The notes beneath the pieces were generated by a model, which worked only from the letters and a program-made list of their open reading frames with translations, did no database searches and was not told the DNA's origin. From assembly GCA_013178415.1 (NCBI GenBank), contig JABLXA010000005.1, positions 71,369 through 135,368 of the forward strand: a stretch of DNA of 64,000 nt, read 5' to 3'. Shown one piece after another: positions 20,726 through 31,597 of the stretch. Numbering within the stretch: position 1 is the stretch's first letter; each line of letters starts with the position of its first letter. The stretch is from Bacillota bacterium (GTDB lineage Bacteria; Bacillota; SHA-98; Ch115). The position numbers and the translations under genes are program-made.

Positions 20726-21655
20726 TCAAGTCCCTGGAACTCTCAATTTGGGCCCAACCAATCTGATCTCCGGCTGCAATGTCACACCAAAGCGCTTTCG
20801 CACGGTTTCTATGGCGAAAGACATTAATTCCAGGACATCTTGACAGGTGGCATTCCCCAGATTGACTATGAAGTTGGCATGTTTCTCTGAAATCTGAGCA
20901 CCGCCTATTCTGAAACCCTTGAGACCAGCCCAATCGATATACCTTCCGGCGCCGCCCTCGGTCGGGTTTTTAAAGACGCAGCCAGCGCTCGGATACTCGA
21001 TAGGCTGCTTCTCGCGCCTGATATCAGAGAGCCGTTTCATCTCCGCTTCGATTTCTTCCCTGATCCCTTTTTCCATCTGGAAGGTAGCTGATATGATCGT
21101 CTCATCGCTGTCCTGAAAACGGCTTCCTTTTGTGCGAAATCCAATGGAAGCGCGGTCCAGGATCAAGAAGTCACCTTTGGATGTGAGAACTTCGCATGAG
21201 ATAACCACATCTTGCATGAATTTCCCATAGGCCCCTGCATTCATAGAGATAGCCCCGCCAACGCTTCCGGGAATCCCTGAGGCAAACTCGAGCCCTGTCA
21301 GCGAATGCTCTGCCGCGATCCTACACAAATGAGGAAGGCCGACGCCAGCCTGAGCAATGATGCGAGTCCCCTGTACCTCGATACCATTCAAGAGGCCGCC
21401 AGTCCTTATGACGGCGCCCCTGATCCCATCATCAGAGACCAGCAGGTTCGTGCCATTCCCAAGAACCATGAAAGGCATACTAATGCTACTGAGATACAGG
21501 ATACACTTCTGGAGGTCGGCGACATCCTTGGGTTCGATGAATAGATCCGCGGGGCCTCCGATGCGGAATGATGTATGATCGGACATGGGCTCTGATGTGA
21601 TGACTTTGCCCCTGATCAATTTTCGTAGTTCCTGGGCTGCTGTTTCAAATTCCAC
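20726..21655 (-). CDS. murB: UDP-N-acetylenolpyruvoylglucosamine reductase
   Basis: 309 aa with an FAD-binding PCMH domain (RIGGPADLF) and a MurB C-terminal domain. Confidence 0.85.
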   Translation of the reverse strand: MEFETAAQELRKLIRGKVITSEPMSDHTSFRIGGPADLFIEPKDVADLQKCILYLSSISMPFMVLGNGTNLLVSDDGIRGAVIRTGGLLNGIEVQGTRIIAQAGVGLPHLCRIAAEHSLTGLEFASGIPGSVGGAISMNAGAYGKFMQDVVISCEVLTSKGDFLILDRASIGFRTKGSRFQDSDETIISATFQMEKGIREEIEAEMKRLSDIRREKQPIEYPSAGCVFKNPTEGGAGRYIDWAGLKGFRIGGAQISEKHANFIVNLGNATCQDVLELMSFAIETVRKRFGVTLQPEIRLVGPKLRVPGT

Positions 21656-23090
21656 TATGATTCCCCCGGACAGAGAATCGGTTCCTTTTTAGCATCTCAG
21701 CTAGACGAAGGCCCGCCTTCCATATATCTCCAGCACCCATGGTTACTACCAGATCTCCGGGTTTTACAATCTGAAGAATTTTTGAGATCAGATCTGAAAA
21801 ATTTGGAGAAAAAAAGACCTCCCGCTTCTCATATTCGCGTACGGCCTGAGCCAATCGTTCCCCCGATACCCCGGGTATTGGAGATTCTCCCGTGCCGTCA
21901 CTATAGATCTCGGTTATGAAGATCTTATCTGCATCCGAAAAAGCTCGAGCAAACTGGTACATCAAAAGCCCGGTCCTTGTGTAACGTTGGGGCTGGAAAA
22001 CGGCCAAGATCCGGCGATTGGCGCCATGTCTCAGAGCTGCCAGGGTAGCCATGATCTCCGTAGGATGATGAGCATAGTCGTCTACTATCATCACACCCCC
22101 AACTTCATCGATGAGCTGACATCTGCGCTTCGCTGCGCGGAAACCCTCAAGAGAGGATGCCACCTTTTTGAAATCGATGCCCAATTCCATCGAAACCGCT
22201 ATACATGCCAGGGCGTTAGATATATTATGCAATCCAGGCACATTGAGTGACACCGATCCAAGTTCCTGGCTTCCTCTCCTTACAGAGAACCTGGACCCAA
22301 ATCCAAGGGTGGATATGGAATCCGCCGTGAACTCGACCGGCTGCTTCAAGCCAAAAGAGACGATTCGCCGTGGGAGATCCTGCATGATCTCCCTCAACCT
22401 CGCATCGTCTGCGCACAGGACTGCACATCCATCCTGCGGTAGATTCAACAGGAACGTCCTAAATGCCTGTATGAGGGTCTCCACATTCCCGTAATAATCA
22501 AGATGATCGTTATCGACATTCGTTACCACCGCTATTGTAGGATACATCTTCAGGAAAGATCCGTAGGCCTCATCTGCTTCAACAACCATATAGCGACTTT
22601 TGCCGAAACGGGCTCCTATACCGAGGTTGCTGATTTCTGCGCCGATCAATGTGGTAGGGTCAAGTCCTGCATCTATCAAGACCGTGGCGATCATGGCGGT
22701 GGTAGTCGTCTTGCCATGGCTGCCAGTCACTGCTATCGAGAATCTGTCCTTCATGAGAGATCCCAGAAATTCCGCGCGGGACACGACTGGAATGCCGAGT
22801 TCCTTTGCCCTCACCACCTCCACATTGCCCTGGGAGACCGCATTGGTCACCACGACCAGATCAGCGTCACCGATGTTTCCTGCATTATGCCCTACTGCCA
22901 CTTTTGCGCCGAGTTTACCCAATTGCTGCAACCTGGGTGAATCCTTCATGTCCGACCCGGTAACCTCATACCCCATTTCAAGAAGGATCCGGGCCAGAGA
23001 ACTCATCCCGTATCCACCTATTCCAACAAAGTGAATCTTTCTGTGCACGCGGCTCTCCCCTTCCCCTAAAACTAATGGAAACCGCCTCAT
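21645..23090 (-). CDS. murC: UDP-N-acetylmuramate--L-alanine ligase
   Basis: IHFVGIGGYGMSSLARILLEMGYEVTGSD Mur ligase N-terminus typical of MurC, plus the central GTHGKTTTT P-loop. Confidence 0.85.
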   Translation of the reverse strand: MRRFPLVLGEGESRVHRKIHFVGIGGYGMSSLARILLEMGYEVTGSDMKDSPRLQQLGKLGAKVAVGHNAGNIGDADLVVVTNAVSQGNVEVVRAKELGIPVVSRAEFLGSLMKDRFSIAVTGSHGKTTTTAMIATVLIDAGLDPTTLIGAEISNLGIGARFGKSRYMVVEADEAYGSFLKMYPTIAVVTNVDNDHLDYYGNVETLIQAFRTFLLNLPQDGCAVLCADDARLREIMQDLPRRIVSFGLKQPVEFTADSISTLGFGSRFSVRRGSQELGSVSLNVPGLHNISNALACIAVSMELGIDFKKVASSLEGFRAAKRRCQLIDEVGGVMIVDDYAHHPTEIMATLAALRHGANRRILAVFQPQRYTRTGLLMYQFARAFSDADKIFITEIYSDGTGESPIPGVSGERLAQAVREYEKREVFFSPNFSDLISKILQIVKPGDLVVTMGAGDIWKAGLRLAEMLKRNRFSVRGNHSGI

Positions 23091-23138
23091 GCCTTATGAC
23101 CTGATTTTATGTTCAGGCCCCGGTCGGTATATCTCATC

Positions 23139-24299
23139 CTATGATCCCTTTTTCTGATGTGTGCTAGAAGACCGGGCGCGGCTTGTCCTGGAAATGATTT
23201 TCTCCACAGCATCCACTATCTGCCACACCGAATCCGGCCTGCCTATAGCCTTGCTGGCCGAGGCCATCCGGGAGAGCCTGGAGGGGTCCATAAAGAGGGA
23301 GACAATGGTTGATGCCAGGACCTCCCCTGAAAGCCTCTCCTGAGGGATTACGATAGCCGCCCCAGCCTTTTCGAGAACCTGGGCATTACGTTCTTGATGA
23401 GCGCCAGGCGCTCCTGCAAGCGGTATCAGTATAGCCGGAAGTCCCCGGGCAGTCACCTCTGCGACACTGCCCCCGGCGCGCATCACCACCAAATCCGCTG
23501 CGGCAAATGCAGATGGTATATCATACAAATACGGCGTCAGTACAATATCTCCACCAGGTCCTGCATTTATTCCCTTTTCCTGAAGCACTCCCTTCACCCG
23601 TTCAAAGTCCCTAGGCCCGGTTTGGTGGATTATCTGTATCCGGGGGATCTTGAGGATGTCAGGGTAAGCATCACATATGGCATTATTTATTGCTGCCGCG
23701 CCAAGGCTGCCTCCATAGACGAGGATCGTGGGGCGATCGGGTTTGAGGCCCAAAGATGATGCCCCATCTCCACGTTTCCGCAGGATGATCTCGGGCCTCA
23801 CCGGGTTCCCAACCACAAGGACCTTGCGCGGATCAGGGAAATAGCTTTTGGACTCCTCGAAGCTCGCGAACACCACCTTCGCGATACGCGATAAAACTCT
23901 GTTGGTAAATCCAGGCACTACATTCTGTTCCTGTATCACAACAGGAATTGACAACACCCTGGCTACCGGCAGCACCGGGCCACAGATATACCCTCCGGTG
24001 CCGATCACTATATCTGGGCGAAATCTCAAGAGAAGGCTTACGGCGCTTATTAAGCCCAGGGATGCCTTTCCCAGGGCCGCCAGAGACTTCGCCGACACAC
24101 GGCGTTCAAGCCCCATCATATCTATAGTGGTTATCTCAAATCCTTCTCTTGTCACGAGATCCCTGTCCGGCCCCCTGCGGGAACCGATGAAGTGTATCTC
24201 GGCATCTGGATGGCGAGATTTGATGGCTTTAGCGATGGTGAGAGCCGGGTATACATGCCCCCCGGTCCCCCCACCAGCAAATAGTATTCGCAAGGTCAT
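23139..24299 (-). CDS. murG: UDP-GlcNAc:undecaprenyl-PP-MurNAc-pentapeptide GlcNAc transferase
   Basis: MTLRILFAGGGTGGHVYPAL GT28 signature. Confidence 0.9.
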   Translation of the reverse strand: MTLRILFAGGGTGGHVYPALTIAKAIKSRHPDAEIHFIGSRRGPDRDLVTREGFEITTIDMMGLERRVSAKSLAALGKASLGLISAVSLLLRFRPDIVIGTGGYICGPVLPVARVLSIPVVIQEQNVVPGFTNRVLSRIAKVVFASFEESKSYFPDPRKVLVVGNPVRPEIILRKRGDGASSLGLKPDRPTILVYGGSLGAAAINNAICDAYPDILKIPRIQIIHQTGPRDFERVKGVLQEKGINAGPGGDIVLTPYLYDIPSAFAAADLVVMRAGGSVAEVTARGLPAILIPLAGAPGAHQERNAQVLEKAGAAIVIPQERLSGEVLASTIVSLFMDPSRLSRMASASKAIGRPDSVWQIVDAVEKIISRTSRARSSSTHQKKGS

Positions 24300-25426
24300 G
24301 ACCTTCCCCTCACATATCGCGAGATATTGAGCAGAATTCCTATCGAAGACAGGGTCACTACCAGTGATGATCCCCCAAAGCTTATAAGGGGAAGAGGTAT
24401 CCCGGTGATCGGAAGTATCCCGGAGACTACCCCGATATTTATCACCGCCTGGAGGACCACCATCGATGTAATGGCTGTAGCCAGGAGGCTGGCAAAAGGA
24501 TCTGATGTAGCCAGGGCGACCCTGAACCCTCGCCAGGCGAAAATGAAAAACAGAATTACAACTGTCGCTGCGCCGACAAAGCCTAATTCCTCCCCGAGCA
24601 CGGCAAAGATAAAGTCGGTATGCTGTTCAGGCAGGTATAGAAACTTCTGCCTGCTACGTCCAAGGCCAAGACCGAATATTCCACCAGATCCCAAGGCAAG
24701 CAGTGATTGGATGATATGAAAACCTGATCTCAAGGGATCATCCCATGGATGAAGGAAGGCCAGAAATCTCCTCCTCCGATAGTCTTCGGCGAAGACAGCC
24801 GCGATAAATGCTGGAATCCCCACAATCCCAAGCCCGATCAGGTGACTTGTGCGTGCTCCGGCGACGAACAGCATGACCAGAGTGACTCCGGCGATGGAGG
24901 TGGCAGTTCCAAGGTCTGGTTCGAGCATTATCAGTCCGAAGACGATTCCAAGGAGCAACAGCACAGGGACTACCCCTTTGAGAAAGCTCTTTACTTCTTC
25001 GGGATCTCGGGAAAGATAAGATGATAAAAAAACCATCATGCCTACCTTTGCCAGTTCCGATGGCTGGAAAGTGAAGATCCCCCTCACCCCTAACCAGCGT
25101 CTCGATCCACTGATCATCAGGCCGACTCCGGGAATGAGCACCACTATCAAGAGAACCAATGTCACCACCAGTATAGGGGCGGCGAACCTCCTAAGAAGCC
25201 GGTAATCAATATGCATCATGAATATCATGGCGATTACCCCGATCACCGACCAGAGTAACTGGCGCTTCAGGAAATAATAAGAGTCACGATAGTATTCATA
25301 GGCCCTCACCGAACTTGCGGAAAAAACCATGACTACACCGATTCCCAGGAGGATAAGAGTAACCATGAAGAGTGTCAAATCGGGCGCAGCGCCAGGCGCG
25401 GCCACCCTATTCCGATGTCGCCTCAC
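24296..25426 (-). CDS. ftsW: SEDS-family peptidoglycan glycosyltransferase FtsW/SpoVE
   Basis: 376 aa, 10 TM helices, SEDS family. Sits between mraY and murG as in B. subtilis spoVE/ftsW. Confidence 0.85.
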   Translation of the reverse strand: MRRHRNRVAAPGAAPDLTLFMVTLILLGIGVVMVFSASSVRAYEYYRDSYYFLKRQLLWSVIGVIAMIFMMHIDYRLLRRFAAPILVVTLVLLIVVLIPGVGLMISGSRRWLGVRGIFTFQPSELAKVGMMVFLSSYLSRDPEEVKSFLKGVVPVLLLLGIVFGLIMLEPDLGTATSIAGVTLVMLFVAGARTSHLIGLGIVGIPAFIAAVFAEDYRRRRFLAFLHPWDDPLRSGFHIIQSLLALGSGGIFGLGLGRSRQKFLYLPEQHTDFIFAVLGEELGFVGAATVVILFFIFAWRGFRVALATSDPFASLLATAITSMVVLQAVINIGVVSGILPITGIPLPLISFGGSSLVVTLSSIGILLNISRYVRGRS

Positions 25427-25431
25427 TCATC

Positions 25432-26406
25432 TCACCTCCCAAGGCCTTTCGTTGCAATGATCCCGAGGACGGCAAAAACTGCGGATATGATCCAAAAACG
25501 AACCACCACCTTCGGCTCGAGCCATCCCGATAGTTCAAAGTGGTGATGAATGGGGCTCATCTTGAAGATCCTTCTGCCTTTCGTCACCTTAAAGAATGCA
25601 ACCTGAATCATGACAGATAGGGCTTCAAGCACAAAGACGCCCCCCACAATAGCTAGCGCCAATTCTGTTTTCGAGAGAAGCGCGATGGCCCCAAAGGCGC
25701 CTCCCAATGCCAGAGATCCCGTGTCACCCATGAATACCTGAGCTGGATGGGCATTGAACCATGAAAAGCCCAGGCAAGCCCCCGCGATACTGGCAGCAAA
25801 CGCGGCGAGGCCTGTGTATCCCAAGGAATGGCATATTACCACGTAGGCCAGAGCTGCTATCGCAGAAGTGCCTGCAGCCAGTCCATCCAGACCATCTGTA
25901 AGATTCACGGCATTTGACGATCCTACGACTGCAAAAATGGCAAGAGGAATATAAAACCATCCGAGATCTATAGTCTGATTGATAAATGGTATCCAAATGG
26001 CAGAGCCAAGCTCAGGTCTGGAAAGACAGTAGAGAGAGAGTATGCCTGCCAGGAACACCTGGCTCGCCAGTTTCGCCCGTGCCCTGAGTCCCAGGGAACG
26101 ATGGGTAATGATAGCAAGGAAATCATCCGCCAGACCAATTATGCCAAATCCCAGAGTAATAAAGAGAGCCCAGAGCACGGATGTATCATCACGCGCCACA
26201 GCCAAAATGGCGGCAGCGATGCTGAATAGAATTATGACCCCGCCCATAGTAGGGATCCCTGATTTCTTCAGATGCTCTTTGGGGCCGTCAAGTCTTACAT
26301 TCTGGCCAAATTTGAGTATAGTAAGCCTCCTGATGACAGGAGGCCCCAGAAGTAGACTGATGATGAAAGCAATCGAGGCCGAGATGAGAGCCTTATCCAA
26401 TCTCAT
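25432..26406 (-). CDS. mraY: phospho-N-acetylmuramoyl-pentapeptide transferase
   Basis: 324 aa polytopic protein with MraY motifs (DDFLAI, NAVNLTDGLDGLA, HHHFEL). Confidence 0.9.
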   Translation of the reverse strand: MRLDKALISASIAFIISLLLGPPVIRRLTILKFGQNVRLDGPKEHLKKSGIPTMGGVIILFSIAAAILAVARDDTSVLWALFITLGFGIIGLADDFLAIITHRSLGLRARAKLASQVFLAGILSLYCLSRPELGSAIWIPFINQTIDLGWFYIPLAIFAVVGSSNAVNLTDGLDGLAAGTSAIAALAYVVICHSLGYTGLAAFAASIAGACLGFSWFNAHPAQVFMGDTGSLALGGAFGAIALLSKTELALAIVGGVFVLEALSVMIQVAFFKVTKGRRIFKMSPIHHHFELSGWLEPKVVVRFWIISAVFAVLGIIATKGLGR

Positions 26407-27853
26407 CGCCGCCCTTCAGATACCGTATTACGCTATCCGCTACCTCGTCTAGATGGAGCTTCCGTGATGCCTTTACAAGGACTACATCCCCGGGCTCCAG
26501 GATCCTGATAAGCATCGACGCAGCATCAGACGGCACATCGAAGGAATAGGCATTCCCAGAGAAAGCAGGAAATTCGCCAGACTTCATCGCGTCCGTATAC
26601 CCCTGGGCCATTCCGCGCCCTCGCTCCCCAACTGTTATGAGCACATCCACCCGCAGCTCGGCCGCCAGACGTCCTGCCTCAATGTGGGCCATTTCGCTTG
26701 CCGCGCCAAGCTCGAGCATGTCCCCCAAGACCGCGATCCTCCTCCTGCCCTTCCCAAACTCCGCTTGAGTTTTCAGGGCAGCCTCCAGCGACGCGGGGCT
26801 CGAATTATATGCGTCATTAATGATCATGATGTTCCGAGGAAGCTCGGTGATCTCCATCCTCATCTTGCTAGGAAGGAAATTCATGAGCCCCTCCTCGACC
26901 TCCTGAGCGCCAAACCCTAGGGCAAAGGCTGCAGCTGCCGCTGCTAACGCATTCACAACATTGTGGACTCCCGGCATAGGTATTCTAAACCTCCCGGACC
27001 AGAGAGGAGTGACAAATGTGGCTATGCTCCCCGCCTTCCCCGCGCTTTGAACATCCTTCGCTCTTATATCAGCCATTTCACTCATTCCATAAGACAGGAC
27101 CCTCGCTGCCGTGCGATTTCGCATGGCAAGGACCCTGGGGTCATCGGCATTTAGTATGGCAAATCCATCGTGGGGCAAGGATTCCACAAGCTCTGATTTC
27201 GCCCTTGCGATATTCTCTATGCTTCCAAGGAGTTCTAAATGCGTCAAACCGACATTAGTCACAACCCCAACCTTGGGGCATGCGATCTCCGCCAGCGCCC
27301 GGATTTCACCAAGTCCCCGCATTCCCATCTCCACCACGCAGCAATCCGTTGCCCTATCGAGACGAAGGAGTGTGAGAGGCAGCCCGATTTCATTGTTGAA
27401 ATTGGCCTCGTTCTTGATCACGTTGAATCTTGTGCCGAGAATGGCTGCGATCATGTCCTTCGTCGTGGTCTTTCCAGTGCTTCCCGTAACGCCGATAGTG
27501 AGGATATCAAGCTGTTTCCTTATATATTGGGCCAGAAGCTGAAGAGCCTTAAGAGTATCCGAGACCCGAATCATACATGGGCCGGCCGTAGAAGCCCCCA
27601 CCCCGATATATTGACCCATTCCGGGGATATCCTGAAGCTCGCGGGAGATTACTGCCCCAGAAGCTCCCCTTTGGAGCGCGCTATGGACATAATCATGCCC
27701 ATCATGCTTCTCACCGCGAAGGGCAAAGAAAAGATCCCCACATCTCAGCGTACGAGAATCTATGGAGACACCCTTGATTTGCCCCTCCATATCTCCAGAT
27801 ATGAGCCTACCATTGACTGCATCCAGCAGCTGCGAAATAGTGATCTCCAGCAT
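26393..27853 (-). CDS. murF: UDP-MurNAc-tripeptide--D-alanyl-D-alanine ligase
   Basis: GVSIDSRTLRCGDLFFALRGEKHDGHDY MurF N-terminus and a Mur ligase central P-loop GVTGSTGKTTT. Confidence 0.85.
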   Translation of the reverse strand: MLEITISQLLDAVNGRLISGDMEGQIKGVSIDSRTLRCGDLFFALRGEKHDGHDYVHSALQRGASGAVISRELQDIPGMGQYIGVGASTAGPCMIRVSDTLKALQLLAQYIRKQLDILTIGVTGSTGKTTTKDMIAAILGTRFNVIKNEANFNNEIGLPLTLLRLDRATDCCVVEMGMRGLGEIRALAEIACPKVGVVTNVGLTHLELLGSIENIARAKSELVESLPHDGFAILNADDPRVLAMRNRTAARVLSYGMSEMADIRAKDVQSAGKAGSIATFVTPLWSGRFRIPMPGVHNVVNALAAAAAAFALGFGAQEVEEGLMNFLPSKMRMEITELPRNIMIINDAYNSSPASLEAALKTQAEFGKGRRRIAVLGDMLELGAASEMAHIEAGRLAAELRVDVLITVGERGRGMAQGYTDAMKSGEFPAFSGNAYSFDVPSDAASMLIRILEPGDVVLVKASRKLHLDEVADSVIRYLKGGDEIG

Positions 27854-27916
27854 AGCACGTGAGCTGCCTCAAACCCTTCCTGTATCTTCCCAGGTTCGCG
27901 GGTCATCCAGCGGAAC

Positions 27917-29410
27917 TCAGACCCTCCCCTCCTGCAATATCTCTCTGGCAACCAATCGATCATCAAAGTCAATGGTGCGATCCCGGAAGATCTGGTAGGT
28001 TTCATGTCCTTTACCGGCGATGATAACCGTATCCCGGGCCGCTGCCAGGCCGATGGCCCTCCGGATGGCTTCTTTCCTATCCAGGATGATCTCATAATCT
28101 TCAGGGCTCTTTCCTGCAGAGACTACGCCAATCTCTATCTCTTTCGCAATTGCCTCCGGGTTCTCGCTTCGGGGGTTGTCTGAGGTTATGACAATATGAT
28201 CCGCCAGGCGGGACGCTATTGCTCCCATTATTGGGCGCTTCCCCCTATCACGGTCCCCCCCGCAGCCAAAGACGACGATTACCTTTCCTCTCGTAAACTC
28301 CCTGGCCGATCTCAAGATATTCTCCAATCCATCAGGAGTATGAGCATAATCAACTATCACGGTGAAATCCTGGCCGTTATCCACTGTTTCGAAACGACCG
28401 GGAACGCCGGCAGCCCCGTGGAGACCCTTTTCTATATCAGCCAACGGGATTCCCAATGTGACCCCCGATGCCACCGCGGCAAGGGAATTATAGACATTGA
28501 AACGCCCGGCCAGTTTCATATCTATCTGTACCTGGCCCTGAGCCGTCTTTGCCTTATAGGATAGCCCATGCATGGACAATCTCACATCTTCAGCCACCAC
28601 ATCCGCTGATCTTTCCAGGCCATATGTCACCACAGGAACGGTCGCGCGCTTCATGATAGTATCACTGTTAGGATCATCGACATTGACGATAGCATATTTC
28701 TTTCCGGACTTGCTGCCCTCCTGGGTTCCGAGATCTTGAAAGAACCTGGCCTTAGCATCGAGATAATTCTCGAATGTGCCATGGAAGTCCAGATGATCTT
28801 GAGTGATGTTGGTGAAGACGCCGATATCGAAGTCCAGGCCTCGTATTCGCTCCAGGACTATTGAATGCGAGGAAACCTCCATCACAGCATGGCTGATCCC
28901 GAGATCCAGCATCCGCCGGAGAAGGGCCTGGAGGTCTGAAGACTCCGGTGTCGTATGGATGGCCTTTTCTACTCTATCTCCCAGCATATTGTGTATGGTG
29001 CCTATCAATCCAGTGGGGTGGCCACCTGCTTCAATAATGGCTTTGATAAGATGCGTGGTAGTAGTCTTGCCATTGGTCCCGGTAACACCGATGAGTTTCA
29101 TTTTGCTAGAAGGATTATCCCAAAAGGACGCAGATAGATCAGCCAGGGCCTTCCGGGAATCCCCGACCTTGACCACCGTGACTGATTCGGGGACTGAAAC
29201 GTCCCGCTGGACCGCTACTGCAACCGCCCCCCGGCCTACCGCCTGGTCGACAAAATCATGCCCATCACGCTTTTCCCCGGGGATGGCCACAAATAGGTAG
29301 CCCTGCTCGACTCTACGTGAATCATATGTTATTCCCTGGATGGGCACATCCTTGTCCCCGGATACATGGACCACATCTGCATTCCCCAGTATCTCATGCA
29401 AGAGTTTCAT
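27917..29410 (-). CDS. murE: UDP-MurNAc-L-Ala-D-Glu--2,6-diaminopimelate ligase
   Basis: ITYDSRRVEQGYLFVAIPGEKRDGHDF plus the DNPR DAP-specificity motif (ITSDNPRSE). The likely start MKLLHEILG at 29410 avoids overlap with the PBP gene; the track ORF extends to 29506. Confidence 0.85.
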   Translation of the reverse strand: MKLLHEILGNADVVHVSGDKDVPIQGITYDSRRVEQGYLFVAIPGEKRDGHDFVDQAVGRGAVAVAVQRDVSVPESVTVVKVGDSRKALADLSASFWDNPSSKMKLIGVTGTNGKTTTTHLIKAIIEAGGHPTGLIGTIHNMLGDRVEKAIHTTPESSDLQALLRRMLDLGISHAVMEVSSHSIVLERIRGLDFDIGVFTNITQDHLDFHGTFENYLDAKARFFQDLGTQEGSKSGKKYAIVNVDDPNSDTIMKRATVPVVTYGLERSADVVAEDVRLSMHGLSYKAKTAQGQVQIDMKLAGRFNVYNSLAAVASGVTLGIPLADIEKGLHGAAGVPGRFETVDNGQDFTVIVDYAHTPDGLENILRSAREFTRGKVIVVFGCGGDRDRGKRPIMGAIASRLADHIVITSDNPRSENPEAIAKEIEIGVVSAGKSPEDYEIILDRKEAIRRAIGLAAARDTVIIAGKGHETYQIFRDRTIDFDDRLVAREILQEGRV

Positions 29411-29424
29411 AGTCACGACGCTTC

Positions 29425-31569
29425 TCAATCTCCTTCCTGAAAATATGCGCGTATCGTCGATTTTCGGGGAACCATGACCCCAGGGACAGGATCTTGTCGT
29501 TGGCACCAGCCGGCACCCTCAGGCTGGACCCGGAGATCAGAGCTACCGGCAACAATTATGGCTGAACGCATGTCGAGCCCCTTGAGATCCGGCACCTTGA
29601 CCTCCTGGTTCTCCTTATCATTATATGGTAGAGCGTCATTGAAATAAAGAATGATACAGGTTTTTTCTGCCACCTTCACTCCAGGTTTGGGAACTTGCTC
29701 TGCCACTATCTCTCCTTCGCCTTCCGTGCGCACGAGGAATCCTTTAGAGGTAAGGACCTCCTTGGCTTCATTGAAGGTCAATCCGCGCACATTGGGCACC
29801 TCAACTTGCTCCTGTTCTTTCCCTTCATCTTCTTTGACGATCGCCGCTGGAACCTTCAAATATCTCAGGGAGTCCTCGACTATGCTCTTGAAAACAGGGG
29901 CAGCTATTACACCGCCATAGGATATTCCACAATCGGGTTCATCGAGGACCACCAACACGGCTATTCTCGGGTCGTCCACCGGAGCGAATCCCAGGAACGA
30001 TGATATTCTTTTTTCACCATAGCGCCCCGCCTCAGGCTTCTCCGCCGTCCCAGTCTTGCCTGCCACCCTGTAACCCTTAATCTGCGCACGGGTGCCAGAC
30101 CCATTTACTACCACCGACTCCAATATCACCGAGAGTTCCTTAGCGGTCTCCGGACTTATAACCTGGCGAACGGGCACAGGCTGAAATTCCTTTACCAGAT
30201 CTCCATTCGAATCTACTATCTTTTGAACCAAATACGGCCGCATGAGCATCCCGTTGTTAGCAATGGTGCACAGCGCGCTTAGCAATTGAAGAGGTGTTAC
30301 AGAAATGCCCTGGCCAAAGGAAATATTTGCAATCTCTACAAGACCTACCTTCTTTTCCTGTTGTAGCATACCCGAAGCTTCGCCGGGAAAATCCACATTC
30401 GTTCTCTCTCCGAATCCAAAAGCGCGAATATACTGGTAAAATTTCTCCTTCCCCAGCTTAAGTCCTATGCTGGCAAATACGGGGTTGCAGGAGTTCTCAG
30501 TGGCTTCGACGAAAGTCTGGCTTCCATGGCCACCAGCCAGCCAACACCTGACATACCTATCTTCCACCTTTATGTAACCTGGATCGAAAAACGGCGTTTC
30601 GGGACGGACCACTCCCTCATTAAGGGCCGCAGCTGCCGTTACGATCTTGAATGTAGAGCCGGGCTCATATGCATCAGTCAAGGCTATATTACGGCGATTG
30701 ACTGCCGGGTAATCAGAGTATCTATTGGGGTCATATGTGGGCCTGCTGGCCATTGCTAGGATTCCGCCGGTCTTGGGATCCATCGCAATGATTATGCCTC
30801 TCTTTGACTTTGTTTCCTTCATGGCCCTATCCAATTCACGCTCGGTTATATATTGTATGACTTCATCTATCGTCAGGTAAATATCACAACCATCAACTGG
30901 AGGAACAAATCTATGGATCCCTCCGGGGATTTCTCGGCCAGTGGCATCGCGTTCAGCCTCTATCTCGCCTCTCTTCCCCGAGAGGTATCTGTCATATTCC
31001 AATTCCAGCCCTTCCAGGCCCTGGTTATCAATGCCTGCAATACCCAGGACATGGGCGCACAGGCTTCCTTTGGGGTAAAATCGCTGCCCCTTTTCTGTAA
31101 ATCCAATGCCCGGAAGCTCTAGTTGTTTCACTGCATGAGCCTTGTCCTCATCTACCTTACGTTCAATCCAGACGGTAGCCTGTTTCCGGGTGAGCTTATC
31201 GAGGATCTCCGCCCGTGGTAGCCCAAGGGCTCTTGAGAGAGCCTCAGCTGCGGCATCGGGATTCTTCACCTCTGCAGGCACCGCATATATGGAATCAGCG
31301 CTGACGCTGACCGCCAGCTCGCGTCCGTGACGGTCGCGAATAGTCCCTCTCCGCGCGTCAACAGGCACAGGGTAAAGCCTTTGGTCGAGGGCAAGGCCCT
31401 TGAAATGGTCATATTGTATGACCTGTACATAAAACAGACGTCCCTCCAATATCGCCATGAAAAGGACGACCCCTAGAAATAAATAGGCTGTACGCCTTCG
31501 CATCAACAAGGTCGTGTACATGATAACCCCACCCACTTCGAGAGTCCATGAGGGCGGAAGATTCTCCAT
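29425..31569 (-). CDS. class B penicillin-binding protein with two C-terminal PASTA domains (SpoVD/PBP2B-like)
   Basis: N-terminal TM anchor and a dimerisation domain. Transpeptidase motifs STFK, SCN and KTGTA are present. Two PASTA repeats lie at the C-terminus. The true start may be MYTTLL at 31521. Confidence 0.85.
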   Translation of the reverse strand: MENLPPSWTLEVGGVIMYTTLLMRRRTAYLFLGVVLFMAILEGRLFYVQVIQYDHFKGLALDQRLYPVPVDARRGTIRDRHGRELAVSVSADSIYAVPAEVKNPDAAAEALSRALGLPRAEILDKLTRKQATVWIERKVDEDKAHAVKQLELPGIGFTEKGQRFYPKGSLCAHVLGIAGIDNQGLEGLELEYDRYLSGKRGEIEAERDATGREIPGGIHRFVPPVDGCDIYLTIDEVIQYITERELDRAMKETKSKRGIIIAMDPKTGGILAMASRPTYDPNRYSDYPAVNRRNIALTDAYEPGSTFKIVTAAAALNEGVVRPETPFFDPGYIKVEDRYVRCWLAGGHGSQTFVEATENSCNPVFASIGLKLGKEKFYQYIRAFGFGERTNVDFPGEASGMLQQEKKVGLVEIANISFGQGISVTPLQLLSALCTIANNGMLMRPYLVQKIVDSNGDLVKEFQPVPVRQVISPETAKELSVILESVVVNGSGTRAQIKGYRVAGKTGTAEKPEAGRYGEKRISSFLGFAPVDDPRIAVLVVLDEPDCGISYGGVIAAPVFKSIVEDSLRYLKVPAAIVKEDEGKEQEQVEVPNVRGLTFNEAKEVLTSKGFLVRTEGEGEIVAEQVPKPGVKVAEKTCIILYFNDALPYNDKENQEVKVPDLKGLDMRSAIIVAGSSDLRVQPEGAGWCQRQDPVPGVMVPRKSTIRAYFQEGD

Positions 31570-31597
31570 AGGTCAATGCTCCGCCGCGCTCCCGGCA

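Noticed and set aside
26393-29410. Possibility that one of the two adjacent Mur ligases is MurD
   Set aside because: The N-termini show the MurF pattern (GVSIDSR...GDLFFAL.G...DGH) and the MurE pattern with a DNPR motif. Neither has MurD features, so murD really is missing from the cluster.
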